This document shows, one piece after another, positions 58,649 through 64,000 of a stretch of 64,000 nt of DNA. The notes under the pieces are model-generated. The model was not told the DNA's origin and did not search any database. It saw only the letters and a program-made list of their open reading frames with translations. Position 1 is the first letter of the stretch, and each line of letters starts with the position of its first letter. The stretch comes from the human T2T-CHM13v2.0 reference genome, Homo sapiens, in the NCBI RefSeq assembly GCF_009914755.1, contig NC_060927.1; one strand, given 5' to 3'. Both the position numbers and the translations under genes were made by a program.

Positions 58649-61129
58649 GAACTACTGTTTGTTTTCTTTGTTTTTTCTAAAGAACAAAGCAACTCATGAA
58701 AACAGGACTCTTTTATAAGATAAGTCTGTCATTGCCCTATTTGGTGGAGACTGGATGCGGAAGTGCTCAAAAGACTTAACAGGCTCAAGTTTAGCTGCTA
58801 GGCTTTTCATCATCTGCCAGTGCCTGTTGATTGGTGGTGACTGCCCATCTTACTTGTGGAGACAGGATGAGAATGAATAGCATGATTCACTAGCAATGTC
58901 TGCAATCCACATGCATGGAGGAGTGAAGTGGCAACTCATGAGGAAAGACCTTGGGGACAATATTGGAGCAAAGCTCTCCTCAGAATTTCTTTCTAACGTG
59001 GCAGTACCTTTATGTCCAATGTGTAATCATGTTTCTGCTAAAAGTTTCCAAGTGGGATGACATAAGCTTTGTGGTAAATGACCTCGCTAGTGTTGCTATG
59101 GATGAAAACAAAGAAGAGACTAGAATTTAGGAAGATGTAGCATGTGAGCCGAGTGTTTTTGAAGTTGAAGAGAGGGATGTTTGAAAGGGAGGACATGTTG
59201 GAAGATACATCGTGTTTGTCGCTGCAATCAGACTCATGACCAGCTATCACAGACATTTGAGTGATGCTTTGGGGAGGAGGAAAGCCACTACAGACATGGA
59301 AGGAGTGGTGTCGGCATGTCAACATTCATACACAGACACACACCAAATTCATATGTTCTTGCTCTCTCTCTCTCTCTCTCTCACTCTTTAATAGTGAGAC
59401 TTCTTCAGTCTGAATACCAGGTGGGGTTGCTTTCACATAACAATGTGAGAAATGCATATTCACTGAAGGAGTTTGACAGGAATAGATAGAAAAAGAAAGA
59501 CACAAGATCTCTCCACTAGCACAGAGAAACTTCAGAGGGCCTCTTGCTGCAGAAGGGAACATTGGCTGAATTGATCAAGTCAGTGGACCAGGGCAAGACT
59601 GTGGAAGACATTATCAGATGAGTAGGAAATCTGGCAGATGCCTTGTGTATGGCAGCTGAGAATTCTGTGGATTTCTAGTTCTCACTGAATGTGAAAAGAA
59701 CTCCAGTACAAGAAAACATGCAGTTCCCAGGGTGGGTAGAGAGAGACCAGAGAAACAAGCACCAGATGTAGAATACTCACAGGCAAGAGTAATACTCATG
59801 GACAAGCATTTTTGGGTAATTATGTGTCTGTCCCAGTGCTTCCCATAATACGATCAAATTTAATCCTTTCAAGAGTTATGGAAGGTAGCTGTTGATATTG
59901 TTTCCATTTTACAAATGAGAAAATTGAGATTCAGAAAATCTAAATAAATTGCTAGATTGCACAACCCAAAAATGGAGGAAGCAGAATTCAGTCAGATTTT
60001 TTAAACTCAAAAGTGCAGGATTTTGTGTATAATGTTATTCTTCCTCCCCTTACATACCTCAAGATCTAGGTTCATTTTACAGTTCAGTTTGAGTCCCTTA
60101 ATGCTGGAAGTCCCAGAATGTGATATCACGCTCATTTAGACACAAAATATTTATTTAATACTTCGAGTATGTGCTGAGAACCATGGTAGGTACTGGCAGA
60201 TACAAAGATGAAAAGACAAGGTTTCTATCTTCATGGAGTTTCCAGGCTGATGGAGAAATGAACAGGCAAACAAATATTTAGAAAAGATTAAGTTTGCTTG
60301 TTCTCTGCCATATTTCCATTAAAATAGCCATAGACAGACTCAGAAGCTGACAATCATACCGGAAAGGAAAAAACAAATAACAAATAAGCAAAAAAAACCA
60401 CACGTGGAGTTTCCTCTGGCTGTTTTCTACAGAGCTGTGTGCTAGGGAACTGTTATTCTATGAGGTGCTAATAGATAATCTTAAAAGGAACAATGGTAGA
60501 CTTTATAACATAAAACAGTTTTTTTGTAACAGGACATTTTAGAGCCATTACTATGTTAATTTGCACTGTGAATCTCCAAAAAGGAGATATGGTGTATAAT
60601 ATTTCCCAAAATTATTTAATCACAAAAACACATTAGAAGACACATGAAACACATTAGAAGACAAATGATTAACAGAGAAGAAAAAGCATTTTTAAAATGC
60701 TAGAGGCTAAAGAATAACAGGTAGAGGCATATTGCATTTGGGAATATTTTATTTACTATGAAAAGTGTTGTAGGGAGCCGAAGTGAGAATGCCCAGGAAA
60801 CAGTGCAGTGTAGGAGGTGCTGTCTTTCATGTACTACACTGGGTGCTGAGCTTGTGGTTAAGTCAGAGTTCCAGCTCTAGCCTGGAAGGTCTACTCTAAA
60901 TAAATGCCTGCTGGATTCAGCAACTTAAGTCAGGTATATCAAGGTGACCTTCAGATAGTCAACTGAGAAGTAGCAAATGCTAGCACTAAGTGAATAGTGA
61001 AGAGGATTGATGAGACTCCACTTAATCTGTCCACTGGTAAATGCCAGCTGGATAGATTTCTTTCCAATCCTGAATGAGTAAATTAGAAATAACAACAGCA
61101 ACATGCAGCCTAAGAAAAGGATGGGGAAT

Positions 61130-61500
61130 AACTAGATCGTGGTCAATTCATAAGATGGAATGCCATATAGCAATGAAAATGGAGGACAGTTTGATACACG
61201 TGCCAATATGGATAAATCTAGACATAATGTTAAACAAAATAGGCTAAATACAAAACAGTACATGCTGTATGATCCCAATTTTGTGAAGTTGAAAACCAGG
61301 CCAAATGATAAAGGCAGAACAATGGTTACCTTTTGTGAATGCAATGATGGGAGGGATACAAGAAGGCTTCTGGAGTGCAGAAATAAACTACATCTTGATT
61401 TAGGAGGGTTTGCTTTGTAAAATTCACCCAGCTGTATATTTACAATGTGTGCACTATTCTGTATGTTTGTTGTACTCAGATAAAATTTTACTTAAAAAGT
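61130..61500 (+). mobile_element. L1ME/MC-like 3' end
   Basis: atggaatgccatatagcaatgaaaat...aaggcttctggagtgc...tgtgtgcactattctgtatg. Confidence 0.7.
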
Positions 61501-63717
61501 AAATAATAGGTGGCAGAAATAGCGTCAACCTATATAATATGTTATTGATCATGAAGAGGTAAAATTCTCTTACTAAAGGACCAACACCCTTTTAGATTAT
61601 CTTTAACATCGAACTAGGTGATACTTATAAAGAAAACTATAATAAGCAAGTGAATCAGTGAATATATGAATTTTTTAAAATAGACAAAATTTAATTAAAA
61701 GAAAGCAGTAATAGAGATAAGGCAAAAGCTAAGGAAACAAACCTCAAATGAGTCAGAGTCACTTCTCTCATTCTCCCCAGCCTGGATCCATTGTAATTTA
61801 TTCCTCATTGCAGTCAGCAGGTGTGAGTTGCTTAGGGATGTTTGGCAAATTGTTAAACTCAAATCTGATCAGGTCACTCCGCTGCCCAACATCCTTCTGT
61901 GGATTCATAAATGCTGCAGGCCAAAGCCTACATTTCTTAGCCTAGAATCACTGATTTTTCCTACCTTTATTGATCAGGCCCACTATTCTCCAGACACTGT
62001 AAATTGCTCTATTCTCATTTTCCTTCTCGTACTTTCAAGTCCTAGAAGGCCTATGGAATTATATGTAGATTTATTAACATGAAAACATTTTTACTCGTTT
62101 ATTTCTCTTCCTGGCCCAATTTTAATCCCTTGACAAAATTTTCACGACCTCCCCCTTACCTTTGTTAGTCACTCCTTAATTTGTGTTCCTACAGTTCTGG
62201 TTTAGCTTTCTCTCACACTAATTATCACTTACATGCTATAGCTATTAGTTTACATGTCTGCAAAGTCCTAGTGGCTAAGGATCAAGGACTGTTTGACAAA
62301 TATTCAAGGCAGGACAGACTGGAAGTGGAGCCTCCTAAATCAACTGATGACAGATATCTTGGGTGTGGGGGTATTTTAAAGTCAGTGGTTATTATTTTGA
62401 AATTTTCTATAATAAAAACATTTTAAATACAAAAAAAAAAATCAGTGGCTTCAGATGCTGATAAGAAAAAAAATCTCCGGAACCAGGAACTAGGCCCTTA
62501 AAATGTCAGTTGACCTAGAAATATAACAAATATGATCTATGGTGTCATCTCAGAACCAAATGTTCTGAAACAAATGTTCATCATTTGTTTGTCAAATCTC
62601 AGAACCAAATGTTCATGGGTGTAAGACTCCAAGCATTTCATCTAGAAGGGCACTGCTCCTCGATTCTCCTTCCTCCCTCTCCGCAAATTGAGCTTGTCAC
62701 TGATACTGCCTCAAAGACAGATTTACATGGTAAATGGCTGAAGCTAAAGAAGATGTCTGATGGTCTGGTATCCTTACAGTGGTATGGCATAACCAGAAGT
62801 TAAGCTGTTGAGCAGAACAAAGGCCTCCTGTCCACACCTGATGGGCTGACAACATTGCTCCCACACAGTTGACACTTACTGGGTGGCACCAAAGGGTGGG
62901 TGACAAGAGTGACAACTTTGCCTCTGCATCTCAGAAACTCACTTCCCCCAAGAAGAAATGATGTCACTTCTGGGCAAAAAGCACCAAACTATTCCTACTT
63001 CCACCACCAACTGGATTAGAACACCAGAGTACGTTCTTTAACTCTCAGGTCTCTCAGACTCCAGTCTTAGTGTTTGTCTATTTCACTGGAGGTGAACAGT
63101 CCAAGTAGCAAATAAGTTTCACAGATAACTGGAAAGAGATGTTCATAGTCATAGATACTCTCTCTTTATCCCTAAGACCCCTAAAATTCAACTTATTGAT
63201 TACCTAGCGCCTACCATATGCCCAATACTTGATCGTGTGCCATGAGGAGCTCTGAAATAACAAAACGTGGTCACTGCCTTTGAAAAACTTTCAGAGTGAT
63301 CAAGTACATGAAATATTTATTCAAGGAAGGAACTAGAGTATGATATGTAAATGTATAGGCTTTTTTAATCAGATATCCTGAGTTCATTTTCTACCTCCAT
63401 GGTTTACTAACCATAATGATAGGCAAGGTGTACTTTGGTTTCCTCATCTGCAGAATAGAACTAATAACAGGATTCACCTTAGCACTGTTGTGAGGATTCA
63501 GTGAGCAACAATGCAGATATAGAGCATAGAGTAAGTGCTAAACAATCATTATGTTACTAGGGTTAATATAAAAGAGAGTTCTGCAAGTAGATACATGATG
63601 AATCGTCAAAGTAATTAGCAAAGACCAAGTCAGTGATCACAAAGCCCAGAGAAGATAGACATGCTTTGGTCCAAACTAGAGAGAAGAGAGAAGAGAGGTA
63701 ATATTTATCAAGCAGGC

Positions 63718-64000
63718 TCTTTTTGATATAATTTCAACTTTTATTTTAGATTCAGGGGGCACATGTGCAGGTCTGTTACCGGGGCATATTGTATGATGCT
63801 AAGGTTCGGAGTGTGATGGATCTCATCACCCACCCACATTCTGAGCATAGTACTTAATAGTCAGTTATTCAACCCTTGCCCCCAACTAGTAGTCTCCAGT
63901 TTCTATTGTTGCCATCTTTACGTACATGAGTACCCAGTGTTTACCTTCCATTTACAAGTGAGAACATGTGGTATAAGGTTTTCTGTTCCTACATTAATTC
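63718..64000 (-). mobile_element. Old L1PA16/L1PB-like 3' end, runs off the window
   Basis: ttttagattcagggggcacatgtgcagg...catttacaagtgagaacatgtgg. Confidence 0.85.

Noticed and set aside
59038-59325. 95-aa ORF as a possible exon or pseudogene
   Set aside because: No family resemblance, splice structure or poly(A)/TSD.

Overview
Primate (almost certainly human) genomic DNA: AT-rich, CpG-depleted and dense in Alu, L1, MIR, L2 and LTR relics. The only real coding sequence I can support is one 181-nt exon on the minus strand (47067-47247). It encodes the N-terminal 60 aa of copine-4 (CPNE4, start of C2A), so the rest of the window is CPNE4 intron. All other ORFs in the track are repeat-derived or chance. 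I find no new gene system. The notable signals are mechanistic fossils: (1) a young L1PA2-type insertion carrying a ~150-bp 3' transduction with its own AATAAA and second poly(A), nested in a full-length THE1 provirus that splits a MIR; (2) a ~22-nt insertion in that THE1, apparently templated from a MIR 3.1 kb away with microhomology junctions; (3) a twin-primed, 5'-inverted L1PA3 ~730 bp upstream of the start-codon exon; (4) a MADE1 mariner MITE split by an AluY; (5) an old L1MA with a possible ancient transduction. Repeat subfamily names come from remembered consensus diagnostics, not a RepeatMasker run. Coordinates of old repeats are approximate.
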